Source of the DNA: Octopus bimaculoides
Lineage: Eukaryota
Direction: 5' to 3'
Assembly: GCF_001194135.2 (NCBI RefSeq)
Contig: NC_068988.1
Location: forward strand, 4,967,790 to 5,031,789
Length of the DNA stretch: 64,000 bases
Part shown: one piece after another, positions 13,417-25,421 of the stretch
How positions within the stretch are numbered: the first letter of the stretch is position 1
How the letters are laid out: every line of letters begins with the position of its first letter
Position numbers and translations under genes: made by a program
The notes under the pieces: generated by a model
Told to the model about the DNA's origin: nothing
The model's database searches: none
The model's input: the letters and a program-made list of their open reading frames with translations, nothing else

Positions 13417-13909
13417 TCTTTTACTTGTTTCAGTCATTTGACTGCGGCCATGCTGGAGCACCGCCCTTTAGTCGAACAAATCGACCCTAGGACTTATTCT
13501 TTGGAAGCCTGGTACTTATTCTATCGGTCTCTTTTGCCGAACCGCTAAGTTACAGGGACGTAAACACACCACCATCGGTTGTCAAGCGATGTTGGGTGGG
13601 GGGGACAAACACAGACACACAAACATACACACACACACACACACACACACTCACACNNNNNNNNNNNNNNNNNNNNNNNNNNNNNNNNNNNNNNNNNNNN
13701 NNNNNNNNNNNNNNNNNNNNNNNNNNNNNNNNATATATATATATATACGACGGGCTTCTTTCAGTTTTCGCCTACCAAATCCACTCACAAGGTTTTGGTC
13801 GGCCCGGGGCTATAGTAGAAGACACTTGCGCAAGGTGCCACGCAGTGGGAATGAACCCGGAACCATGTGGTTCGTAAGCAAGCTACTTACTACACAGCCA
13901 CTCCTGCGC
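13417..13909 (-). mobile_element. SINE family B, full length, with an internal (CA)n/(TA)n cassette that contains an N-gap
   Basis: Reverse complement gives a tRNA-like head gcgcaggagtggctgtgtagtaag..ggttccgggttcattcccactgcgtggcaccttgcgcaagtgtc, then the microsatellite, then the tail ..ggcggtgctccagcatggccgcagtcaaatgactgaaacaagtaa. It is collinear with 15973-16374. Confidence 0.92.
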
Positions 13910-14760
13910 AATTACGCAGATAACAATATTAAGTTACTCTGGTCTACAGCTTGTGCAACGGCAACTCCGAACATCTTTGGGTTATATTAAGACACTTCAA
14001 TGATGCATATCCATTTCTATTGCTCGGTGGATGATTTCTGTATCAAACATTTAAAAGATATACAGGAGTTAATGAAAAAAGTAAGTTGAGGATACCATCA
14101 GCTTGATGCACAATAGTCTTACTGTAGTTGGGAACCAAATTCTGTTAATTAAGGGAAGAAAACATCTGTTCAATGACTAATACTCATCAAATCTAATCAT
14201 AGTAAACAGCCGACAGCGATGAGATTTGATTAGCACTACACTTTGTGACTTTCCCTTTCCACGTTGCAGTGGGGGTTTGATTAATAGAAATTGTTTTACT
14301 CTCGAAGTATTAGCATTCGTTCAACCATTATGCTAAGCACAGGATAACATTTTAATGTTATTGGGAGAAAAACAAGAACTCCAAAGTTTCAATTAATAAT
14401 AAATTACAAAGGAGAGATGAAGTGGGGAATGATTTAATCCTTGTTAAGTATAGTGAGAAACTGGAACATCTTTTGGTGTTACTCTGAGCTCAGAATGAAG
14501 CATAACCTTCATCTACAACATATTAGAACGAATTTTATTGAACATAGTCATTAACTATTCAGACCATTGCTATCCTTAAAAAATCTTTCCTTGGCTCAGG
14601 ACATTATATGAATTTGGATATGCAAAAAGCATCATTGAACAACTTTCTAACATCATGTGATATATTTAACCTGATTATTTGCTGCATAAATTACGACATA
14701 CGTCCATGCTGCCTACATTAGAACAGTGGCAATTATTTCATTCAAGCAATAAAGGTTTTA

Positions 14761-14866
14761 ACTCACCGAAATGACCAGACAATTCATTAATCCATGCATT
14801 TTTGATATTCAAGAGAGTTTAAAGGTTAACACTTACCTAGAAATAAACAAGAAAAGAAATAAATAG
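14761..14866 (-). promoter_or_regulatory. Recursive-splice-like site (polypyrimidine tract, TAG|GTAAGT) with a downstream 70-nt cryptic exon ending TCG|GTGAGT
   Basis: Minus strand reads tatttcttttcttgtttatttctAG|GTAAGT (AG 14838-14837, GT 14836-14835). The second donor GTGAGT is at 14766-14761. Motif evidence only. Confidence 0.4.
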
Positions 14867-15972
14867 ATATTTCATCAAATATAGACAGTGGATATGTTTG
14901 TTTTCTGTTTATATTTATGTGTATGTAAACTGTTTATGGTGACTTTTTCATGGAAAATAGGATTGTTTTTGCCCTGATTTGAAGAGTTATTAGTTGTGGC
15001 AAAAATTAAGTAAAAGTAAAAAGAACCGTAATTTTAATTCGTGATACTGTCGCGTTTAACATATCTAATCGCAACAAAAGAGTTTAACTAAAGAATACAT
15101 ATATGAAGCTTACCGTCAAGGCAGTGAAACATGTGTTTTGGGATATATGAGATCATAAGGATCATCAAGATAGAAGTCAGCCCTCGTTGTATCAAAAGAT
15201 GCTAGCAATATTAGAGACCGATTTATTCGGCCAAGGGTCAAGATTTACCTTAAAGTTTTCGGTTCGCTCGAAGCAAACTCTTTATTCAAACCATGAGGGT
15301 AGATTACTCTTAATTCGTTGTCCGCCTAAAAAATATCCTAGTATTTGTTGTCTTATTCTAATGCCATGCAAATCAATATGACGATTGGCTAACCCAAGAT
15401 TTGAGCTCATATCCATCAGTGAAACAACAATACTTCACAGTAGTTCAAGTTCGATTCTCAGTCTACGCTCAACCAACAACTGAATCCGTTCTGCACAAGA
15501 CAACAGATGTTCAACACAAGGTGAGGTGAAAAGACGCGAACTCTGAGGGAGTGTAAGTTTTTTAGTCTTGTGCCAACCTGACACTTCCACATAATCTGTA
15601 AATACGTCCAATGAATCATCCAAAATTATTAATGAGTGAGGCATTGCTAAAAATATCTCCCTGTGTTTGGCAAGTCGTCTCGCTGCTATTTACATGTGGA
15701 ACAACCATTCTATAATCTGGATCTACGAAAGCCGTACCTGCTCTTTGTCACAGATTTTTTACAAAATAGCGCTGCCGCCCCACACACTCCGAGCGAATCT
15801 TTGAAAGTCCAGTGAGGCAAAACATGTAAGCGAGCAAATTCGTCTCTCTCTTGTGTCTACCACATCGAACCTTAGACCTATTCACCCGAAGAAAGACTAA
15901 AGCAAGGCGTGAAAGAACGTATCTGTTGGATTACGTTTTTTGTCATTTGTCTACATTCTAAACAAATACACG

Positions 15973-16374
15973 TTTACTTATTTCAGTCATTTGACCGCGG
16001 CCATACTGGGGCACCGCCTTTAATCGAGCGAATCGACCCCAGGTCTTATTTTTTGTAAGCCTAGTACTTATTCTATCGGTCTCTTATGCCGAACAGCTAA
16101 GTTACGGGGACGTAAACACACCAACATCAGTTGTCAAGCGATGTTGGGGGTACAAACACAGGCACACAAACATATACACACACATACATATGTATACATA
16201 TATATATATACGACGGGTTCTTTTCAGTTTCCGTCTACCGAATCCACTAACAAGGCTTTGGTCGGCCCGAGGCTATAGTAGAAGACACTTGCCCAAGGTG
16301 CCACGCAGTGGAACTGAACCCGGAACCATGCGGTTGGTAAGCAAGCTACTTACCACACAGCCACTCCTGCGCCT
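15973..16374 (-). mobile_element. SINE family B, full length, with an internal (CA)/(TA) cassette
   Basis: Both arms are near-identical to 13417-13909. Confidence 0.93.
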
Positions 16375-18597
16375 ATGTTAAAATGTTAAAATATATACAT
16401 TCGGGGAAATTTAGCAGAAAATAATGTCGTGTTTGACTATAATGTTCTTCAATGTTCCATCAATAGATCCATCTCACGCCTTGTATTATCCTAGTAATGA
16501 CTTAAAGTAATAGATGTGTGTGTGTNNNNNNNNNNTATGTATGTATAGATCCGCATCTTTCATATTCATGTTAATAAGTGTTTGGGAAAATTGTTATTCA
16601 TAGTAAATCTTACAATTTTCTGACTGGCTTCACATAGTGTTTCTGAAAGAAGAGGCATTTGCAACGGAACTGCATTAGAATGAAACACATGACTACCGCA
16701 CTGCAATTACTAAGTGTAATTTCCATGTTCAATTGGCACTTGTTTCTTCTACCTTCATTAGTTTGATGTGAAGATCAAAGATTATTGCTAACTACAATTA
16801 TAATAATCTCTCTCCAAAATACATCAAATACTATATTTACTGATAAGTGTCCTACAAAGTAACCGACGCTAAAAATAGATCTTCTTGATTTTTCAGCCAT
16901 TGTATTTTATTAGCTTTCTTGAATATGCTAATGCATCTAACCAAAAAGGGCAAAAATATTATTTTGCAGAGAAGACATTGGAGTTTAAGGGAGGAGAAAA
17001 TTGCAAAGTAATTCTAGCCAAAATGGAGGCTGAACTGATTTCTCATAATCACAAATTTTAGTTGCAACTAAATCCTTCGTAGGAACTAGACGACGGTATT
17101 TCTGAATATTTTATTATCAGAGATAGAAAGCCTGTAATGATAGAAAAGTTCTCGTTCACCATTATGAACTTTTATCGTATTTGATTGCAGTTTGCAACTG
17201 AAGTAGAACGCAAATATGGTTCCGCAGATCATATCCAAACTATAATCACTTTTGTTATAGTTACATATATCTATTATGTTTTCAACTTCGTGATAAGACA
17301 AATTCTAAATACGTGTGTCGTTTCACTAGTCATAAAGAAGATTACATATAGAGTATTAAAACCTTTACTACATTAAGACCGCGTTACTTAATTTAACTGA
17401 AATATTAAACACGCCACGATATCTGATGCCATGAACGATGTGATGCCATACGATTTCAAAAGCTAATAATAATAAACGTATGCAATAGTTAATTCATTTA
17501 CTCACATGCCTATTAATTATAAAACATTCAAATATTGATGTGTGTCGTTTATTTTTCTAAGTGTTATTTAAATAAATAAGTGCGTATTATGTACAATATT
17601 CTGTGATGTTTTTTACTTGAAATATGTAATGGCGTTTGAGAAAATTCCATTTACACCGGAAGTCAACAGCCGACCATCAGCGTAAAATACACCAGACATG
17701 TTTTGTATGTCAGTATATGCCCCAAATACTTACGTTTGCTCAGTTTAAATGAGAACTGTTCAAGGATGAACATATAAGCCTTCATTTTGGCTCAGTTTAT
17801 GCTACATTACATACCATCTATGGGATATCTTTAAATAGTCCATAGACCTGTTGGTTATAGTAGCCAAATCTCTCTGATATTGCAGTCTGGCATCTTAAAT
17901 AGCAAAAGGTGACAGAGAAAAAAATCGCACATTAATTAATATTTGTTAAATATAACCACAAATTAGGTGATGGCCACCAGAAAGTCTCTGATATTAGTTT
18001 GGACCGATAGAGATCATCCTGAAATATATCTTCGAAATATTCTTTTATAGTGAAACACTGAGAACTTTTCTGCATTAAGCTCTTCTTAATAGCTTACACG
18101 GCTGCAGTTATAATGTGTTTTGCTATTTGCTTACAATCTGTTTGTTTTTTTACAATATGTGCTCAAATCACCCCACCAGAGGTCGATGTTGCCTTTCAAA
18201 TGACACAATGAAATACCCCTGCAGTATAAGGATCAATGTGACCACCCTTGAATCCTTGTTTCTATGTCAAAAATCACTAATATTATTTGCCATAACTTGT
18301 TTATGAAGAGTGAATTCTTGTACTTCCGTTGAACAGAGTTCACAATCGATCTACAACTCTAGAAGTAGGCGAAATCAAATCTCCTAGTAAAAGACTAGCA
18401 ATTGCCTACCCATGCAAGTGTCCCCGCCCCCATCCACATTACCACTGTTGCCCAAGAGAAAGGATTTTCTTAAAGGCCTATGCAGCTTAACACTAGTGGC
18501 GTGGCAGGCATTGGCGTCAGAACGCAAAGAGATGCCACAGATACTGCAACAAAACATCTAACGGGAAGCTCTTTCAGTTCCAGCAATCGCCACTCTG

Positions 18598-18715
18598 GAT
18601 CGGTACTTTGTTATCAACCTCAAAATGGTGAAAGATAAAGTTGACCTTAGCAGAATCTGAATTCAGGGATAGAGAGTTGGAAGAAATATGCCAAGTTGTT
18701 CTATATAACGACTCT
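18598..18715 (-). mobile_element. Degenerate SINE family A fragment
   Basis: Reverse complement cagagtcgtta..tgaattcagattctgctaaggtcaactttatctttcaccattttgaggttgataacaaagtacc aligns to the A-family core. Confidence 0.55.
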
Positions 18716-20393
18716 GATTAAGGAATATATGACATTTATTATGCAATAAGATTCTATACTTGTGTGTTTTATATGACTGCATAATTTAAATTAGTCACAC
18801 ATTGTATTCTATGGTGACATAAAAACAATTAAATTATTGATAATTTAATCAATTGATTTCAGAAGTGGACTTGGCAGGCAAATGATATGACGAGCAACAA
18901 TGTGTTGTATGTATAGCTGTGTATATTGTAAAGCGTTGTTCGCGAGTAAGTAAACAAACTAGTTTACAAATATTGATAAGCTACAAGTCTCTGCATTCTT
19001 GACAATGAAAAAAGTGTGACACGTATGTAGAATGTATGTACATGTAGATGTATGTACAATGTATGTAGAAGGAAATAAATTTAGATAGTATTTAAGAAGA
19101 ATGCTCGTCTACGAAATCAAATCCTCTATATTGCGAAAACTGGATCTTCAAAATAGTCTTTCCTCTTCAAAACCTTAAACTTCTTCAGTCAGTGAAAACT
19201 ACTAAACAGATGCCATCCAAACAGGAATTTTTCTCATAATCTCAAAGACATACATCATACTCCGTATCTGAGAGATTCTCATGGAATCACACACTCCAAC
19301 AATTGAATCACAGATCTATTGTATCTTCAGTTTGTCATTATTATCACAAAAGATCGCTATTTCTCGGCATCGTTTGAGGTGGTATCACCCCACCTCCACT
19401 GGCACACTGTGGATTCAGTTATCTCTACTCTTCTCGTCATATATTTCGTGTCCAGTTGTCCATTCTATCCTAGGGCTTATGCTAACCATTTTCCCACTCC
19501 TTCTTACCCAGAACGTTGACCCTCTAAAATTCCCTTCTTCGCACGATAGTCGAAGTCCATGGGCAGCGACCTTTTCTTGATAAAAGACAGAATTCACTTG
19601 GCAAATGAATTTGTTGTCTTTCAGTCGTCCTATACGCCATACTAAAAGTCGTCTTTGTCATTATATGATCTTTTTAGAAACTTTAGGAATCGACATGACT
19701 TCAGTATATACCAAATAATTCACTTAAACATAGAATCTGTGGGAAAGAAACTAAATTTACAATGCCATACATTTAGACATTCCTTTAGCAATCAAACGCA
19801 CTTTTTTAATTTACAAATTCTAAAATGCAAATTCCTATTTTAATGTTCTGTAAAATACATCTCGAAACCTAGATTTATATGCATTGTTGTCCTGCACTGG
19901 AGATACTATATCCTACAAGTAAATATCACATTTATTTCTCAGTTTTTCTTTCTTTTTTTGTTTTCATTTTTTTGATATCTGAATCAACTGAAGTAGCGTT
20001 TTTGTACTTTACCGGTAATTTGTGAGAAAATGCATTATAACAGGAAATATGCTCAGTTTTAATTTTAAATATATTTCTGCTTTAAATATCAATAATATAA
20101 AATTACCTGCTGATGTTACCTGCTGCGCATTTAGATTCAAAACAAGTTTGGGGCTTTTGTTTTGGGGTTTTTTTGCATCATTAAATTAAAAAAATCATTT
20201 AGTGAAACATAAATCATTAATTAGTTCATTCTGTGGAAACTAGAACATAAAAACTCGCAAGAAGTACAGCTACAAAAACAATTCATAAGCACACACACAC
20301 ACACACACACACAANNNNNNNNNNATATAAAGATATGTATATGTACAACCACACCCACACATATGTATACATTACATATATACACGCACTTAC

Positions 20394-20534
20394 AAACAGT
20401 CCTAGTGACAAGAAGTATTACAGGCAGCACAACATAAAAAATTTCTTGACTATCATTCATCAAACTCCACATATGATGCTAATTATTTTTTTGTATCTAG
20501 ATTCTAAAGTTATTTCCTTAAGACTAAACCTGTT
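20394..20534 (-). other. Candidate exon (141 nt) containing an ATG and a signal-peptide-like ORF start
   Basis: Acceptor gatttcttttgtAG (20536-20535) and donor TTT|GTAAGT (20393). ATG at 20472 gives MWSLMNDSQEIFYVVLPVILLVTRTV, ending phase 1. No homology recognised. Confidence 0.3.
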
Positions 20535-21814
20535 CTACAAAAGAAATCATCAAAGAATTAATGCTATTGATTTTGTGATTTAGTAATTAACCCATATCAA
20601 GAGATATTGATATGCAGAAAAATTCCAAAGTGAATTCCTCTACATTACTGCTTGCATGTTGTCCGACACATTTCTTGAAAGATGTATCCTTCATTAATGT
20701 TATGTTGTAGGCATCTATTTGTTATTTTCTATGAGAATATTTCCTTAGTTTCTTTTTTTTTTTTTTTTTTTTTTGGCTCTAAAATATCACAATCTAACAC
20801 ATCCAGGAATGCCTTGAAGAAGTTATTTTCTTTTTTTACTTTTTGTCTTTAGAAGATAATTAATTATTTTCCACTGAAGAGAAACAAAATGTTTATCTAA
20901 TATATACAAAACACGATGAATCAAAGAAAATGGATGTTGAATTTTAGAATTAGAGATTTCAAATTTTATGTAAATCATCTGCCGTTCTTAGATCTCTCGT
21001 AGATATATCAAACAAGACGGACAGATTTTAGGAATAAAACACCATTAGCCCCATATAAAAAAAGAATCTATAGAGCAGACAAGCACTCAGAAAACCATTT
21101 CCCAGCACAAATCTTCTACTACGAGTATCATTGACTAAACGAGTCTTAAAATATGTCTTACTATTTCTAAGCCGACGACAAGCATTACTTTTTTGTTCAC
21201 TTAATCTTTCTACTTACAATGTGTCATAAAGTACACTTTCAGCGCTTCAAGCGTTTGTAAGACTGCACTGGGTGGGGACTTATCGTCATGCAAAACACCA
21301 GGGGCAACAGCAGAAGGAATAAAATATAAATTAATACAATTAATTTATTAAAACAAACGAGAAACATATTAGATATAATTATATTTTAAATTTATATATT
21401 TATTACTTGTATGTTATTCAGAAACGAAACAAAATGTGTTTCAAGGCAGAAAAAATGACTCACTCAAACTATTAATTATTTAATCTAGCCCTAATATCGC
21501 TGCTAGAAAGTATAATTTTCCTTATGTATTAAGTGGTTTTATTTATTCTTATTTATATGTTGCAGGATATAATATTACAATTACTGGAGATATACTTCAT
21601 GTTGCAGTAAAATGTAGAAATGGATGTTTTCAAACAAAATAGGTTTCCGTATTTGCTCCGTACAATTTACTGACTCTCTCCTTCTCCATTGATATGTTGG
21701 TCATCATTAGTGTAGGTAACAAATTATTAGGTCTTTCATACAACACTTTAAATAAACTATATGGAATAAAAAGTAGGAAAAAACTTGATGCAGGGGAATC
21801 ATTAGCAACCACCT

Positions 21815-21828
21815 GTTGTCATAGGAAC
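21815..21828. promoter_or_regulatory. RFX X-box-like motif GTTGTCATAGGAAC with flanking TAGCAAC half-sites (21803-21809, 21850-21856)
   Basis: Fits the GTYNYY-AT-RGNAAC X-box pattern. Confidence 0.4.
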
Positions 21829-21934
21829 AGCGACAATGTGTCCATACTTTAGCAACAGGCGAGCTCTCTCACACATACACACACGGGCGCGCGCAGATAG
21901 AGAGAGAGGGGGAGAAAGAAAAAGAGAAAGAGAC

Positions 21935-22047
<113 letters not shown>

Positions 22048-23042
22048 GTTGCTTCTTGAGAAGTAATCGATGTAATCTACTGGAGTAACTAAAATATTCT
22101 CGGAAGATGATAAAGTATGATATAAACCACAACAATATAACAAACTGAAGAAAATTTTCAATTTATTTTTTAATAGTCGCAGATTAAGAATCATTCTCGA
22201 CCAAAACATTCAAGACATTTCAGGTCTAAGAAAATTACTCTACTGTCTTTACCAAAATTCTAATCAAACAACCGACTATGACAATCGCCTGTAATAGAAT
22301 ATTTTTTTTTAAAAACACCCCAAAACATTAACAATATTGTCGAAAGTTACTTCTTTGAAACTGTAAAAATCTACTTACACTTAACCAAATATTTGATGAC
22401 TGCGCACTTACGCTCAAAATGGTTACAATGAAGAAATAACTTCTCTTAAAATACAAGTAAGCCAAGACAATTCAGAAGGCAGTAAAATATGGTACAATCA
22501 TCAATTCATCAGAATAATTGCATCAACAGATACCAAGCTTTACTTAAAAGTTTTGACGAAGCATTTTACACTTCTCCATAAATATAACAAAAGCTTAAAC
22601 AAAAGTGTTATACTCTACAATCCTTAACTTTGCAATGACGTTTTTTGCCTTAAACATACGGATACAAAACAAACCAAGAATAGATTTAAAGAACCAAAAA
22701 ATGTTACGATGAATTGTCTATCTGAATCATTGTATCTTGAACCTTGAAAACGCCCCAAAATTCTAAGATCAGCCATTGATCTAAACATTTCAAATTTCAA
22801 CATAACCGTAGCACACATAGTTTTAGTAACACCCGTTATGTTTATGTCATCCGAAAACGTTGAGATAGAATTCAAACTGAAATGGAAATTCCTAAGTGAA
22901 ATCCCAAGCCAGAAACAGAAAACCGTAAAATATGTTCAGAACTGCAGCTTTCTAACTTTTATTCGCCAAGAACCATTCCTCAATAAACATCCGCACAGAT
23001 TCCCTACATAGGATCATAAAAAAGTTATGAACTCTCATTCAC

Positions 23043-23186
23043 TTCACACTTACCACACATCCTAATAGATAACATTTTACCATATTTTTTACTTTTCATT
23101 TTTTTGTATTTTTCACACTTACCACACATCGTAATAGATAACATTTTACCATATTTTTTACTTTTCATTTTTTGTATTTTTCACAC
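23043..23186. repeat. 69-bp tandem duplication (2 copies)
   Basis: ttcacacttaccacacatc(c/g)taatagataacattttaccatattttttacttttcatt..tgtattt starts at 23043 and again at 23112. Confidence 0.9.
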
Positions 23187-24161
23187 ACACACCTACACAG
23201 TCACATACACACACACTCACACATACGCACGCACACTCCCACAAGCATACACACAAACTCACATACACCGACACACGCATACACAAACATATATACTATA
23301 TGTATTATTTACATTCTTTATAATTGTACTTTCTATTTTCTGTTAAACTATTTGTTTTTCCTTTTCATTTATTGTATCACACTAAATTATTTCGCCATAA
23401 CTGCTTACACCATTAACTTAATAAATGGTACATAAGGCACAATCTGTTTATCCCCACATGCATTAAAACCATCAACGTTAAATCTGTTTTAACTGCAAAT
23501 AGTTTTCAATTTTGAATTTAGTTTTGAAGAAATGTTTACCTTATTAACATTCTAATATTGTTACATTTTAAAATTACTTTTCAATAAAATTATCATACTT
23601 CAACATTATAACGAGAGATAAGCGTATTACAGATCGCTAATAATCTGTTCTAATAAAACCCACTGGCAATTCACATTGAGAGATCATAACGTATTCCCGG
23701 TTGATTAAAATCATCTCAATAAAATCTGCATCAACAATAATTTTTAACAGCAAATACTGGCCACAGTACGAAAGTAAATTCCGGATTCGTTTCAATAAAA
23801 TAATACTTTTATCTAGAAAAGCATTCTACTTCGAATACATTCGAAAAACAATCATATAGCATAACGGGACTTGAGTTGCAAATGTAAACCTTATAAACAT
23901 CACGTAGCCTCTTCATAAACATTTTTACAGCAACAAAAACAAATAAAACTTGTCTGATGTTCACTAAGAAAAGCCTCATCACCTCTTTCCATGGGTCATC
24001 CTTCATGTTGCCATTATTTCTACTTGTTTCTCCTTGACGCACAAAGAAAAAACAGGTGTATATTAGCTACACTTGAATCATTGCTGGGAAAACTTTCAAA
24101 TAAGTGCAATGAGTGTTAGATTTGTCACAGAATTTCATTAATATACAAACATGCATGCATG

Positions 24162-24270
<109 letters not shown>

Positions 24271-25067
24271 TTTGCCTCTCTTCAAGACGAACACACACCA
24301 CTTTTTCAGTCCGAACTCTATTCTGATATCAGCACTGAAAATATATATACCGTATCAACGAGGGAACTGACTTGGGCTTCATCTTTATCATAAAGCTTGA
24401 CGTCATCTATGAATAACAAATGGTTGACTTTTTGTTGGCGGCTTTTGAATATATACCCAGCTTTTGCTTTCCTCAGAATCAGCGTTAGTAGTATCATGCA
24501 CAGTACAAGGATCAGTGGGGACAGGCAGTCCCCTTGGAAGATGCCTCTCCTGATTTCTATTGTCCTTAAACTTCTTGCATATGCTGTCTGTTCCGTCCTC
24601 CACTTTGCCATACTTTTTCCAAGCAATCGTTTAACATTCGATTCCATACCAAACAGGTTCATACATTCCATAATCCAAGAATGTGGGATCATATCGTAAG
24701 CCTTACGATAATCGAGCCATAACATAGCTAAGTTAGTTTTCCTCCTCTTGCAGTCTCTAACTACAGTTTTGTCTACCTTGGTACCTCTTCACTTACGCTT
24801 GCAACCCTTCTGTTCATGTGGCAGGACTCCATTTTTTCCAGATATTCTTCATAGAATCTCTTCTGGTCTACTCTGAATAACCTATTCTGCTGGCATCCCT
24901 TCATTCTTTGGTCATATCTTTGCAACGAGGCGCTGTTTCAGTTCTTCCATTACCACTTTCAGGCCATGTCTTTCAATATCATACTTCCTGTTCAGTGTCC
25001 AGTATTTTTGCTCGCTTTTAAGCTCTCTTTCTCTTTATGGTCTAACACGGAAATGTCCTTCGAGAGC
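24271..25067 (-). mobile_element. R4/Dong-clade LINE internal fragment (pre-RT region plus RT), internally deleted pseudogene
   Basis: Minus peptides in order: EELKQRLVAK..RYDQRMKGCQQNRLFRVDQKRFYEE; GVLPHEQKGCKRK*RGTK..VDKTVVRDCKRRKTNLAMLWLDYRKAYDMIPHSW; RRGIFQGDCLSP; KVNHLLFIDDVKLY; then after a frameshift FSADIRIEFGLKK..LKRGK. These are typical R4-clade RT motifs. Confidence 0.92.
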
Positions 25068-25094
25068 ATTATTATTACTATTATCATTATTATT

Positions 25095-25248
25095 AAGGCT
25101 ACGTTCTGAGTTCAAAATCCGCCGAGGACGACTTTGCTTTTCATTCTTTCGAGGTCGATTAAATAAGTACCAGTTACGCACTGGGTTCGATGTAATCGAC
25201 TTAATTTCCTTCCCCCAAATTTCAGGCCTTGTGCCTGCAGTAGAGGGG
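25095..25248 (+). mobile_element. SINE family A, internally deleted, followed by an (ATT)n tail (25249-25302)
   Basis: aaggc|tacgttctgagttcaaaatccgccgaggacgactttgctttcattctttcgaggtcgattaaataagtaccag..ggccttgtgcctgcagtagagggg. Confidence 0.88.
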
Positions 25249-25302
<54 letters not shown>

Positions 25303-25304
<2 letters not shown>

Positions 25305-25421
25305 GGCTACGCGCTGGCATTTCGTCCGTCTTTACTAAAATAAATACCAGTTAAACTCTGGTGTCGATGCAATCGACTTATCCGCTGCCCCGAAAACGCT
25401 GCCCTTGTACCAAAATTTGAA
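25303..25421 (+). mobile_element. SINE family A, doubly deleted, followed by an (ATT)n tail
   Basis: aaggc..gctggca|tttcgtccgtctttac|taaaataaataccagtt..gcccttgtaccaaaatttgaaa. Confidence 0.75.

Noticed and set aside
19280-19600. Moderately GC-rich block with EWTTGH and WRWGD peptides (RTE C-terminus-like)
   Set aside because: Too degraded to support a call.
22624-22875. 83-aa minus ORF behind a ttccatttcAG acceptor
   Set aside because: No recognisable homology and no convincing donor.
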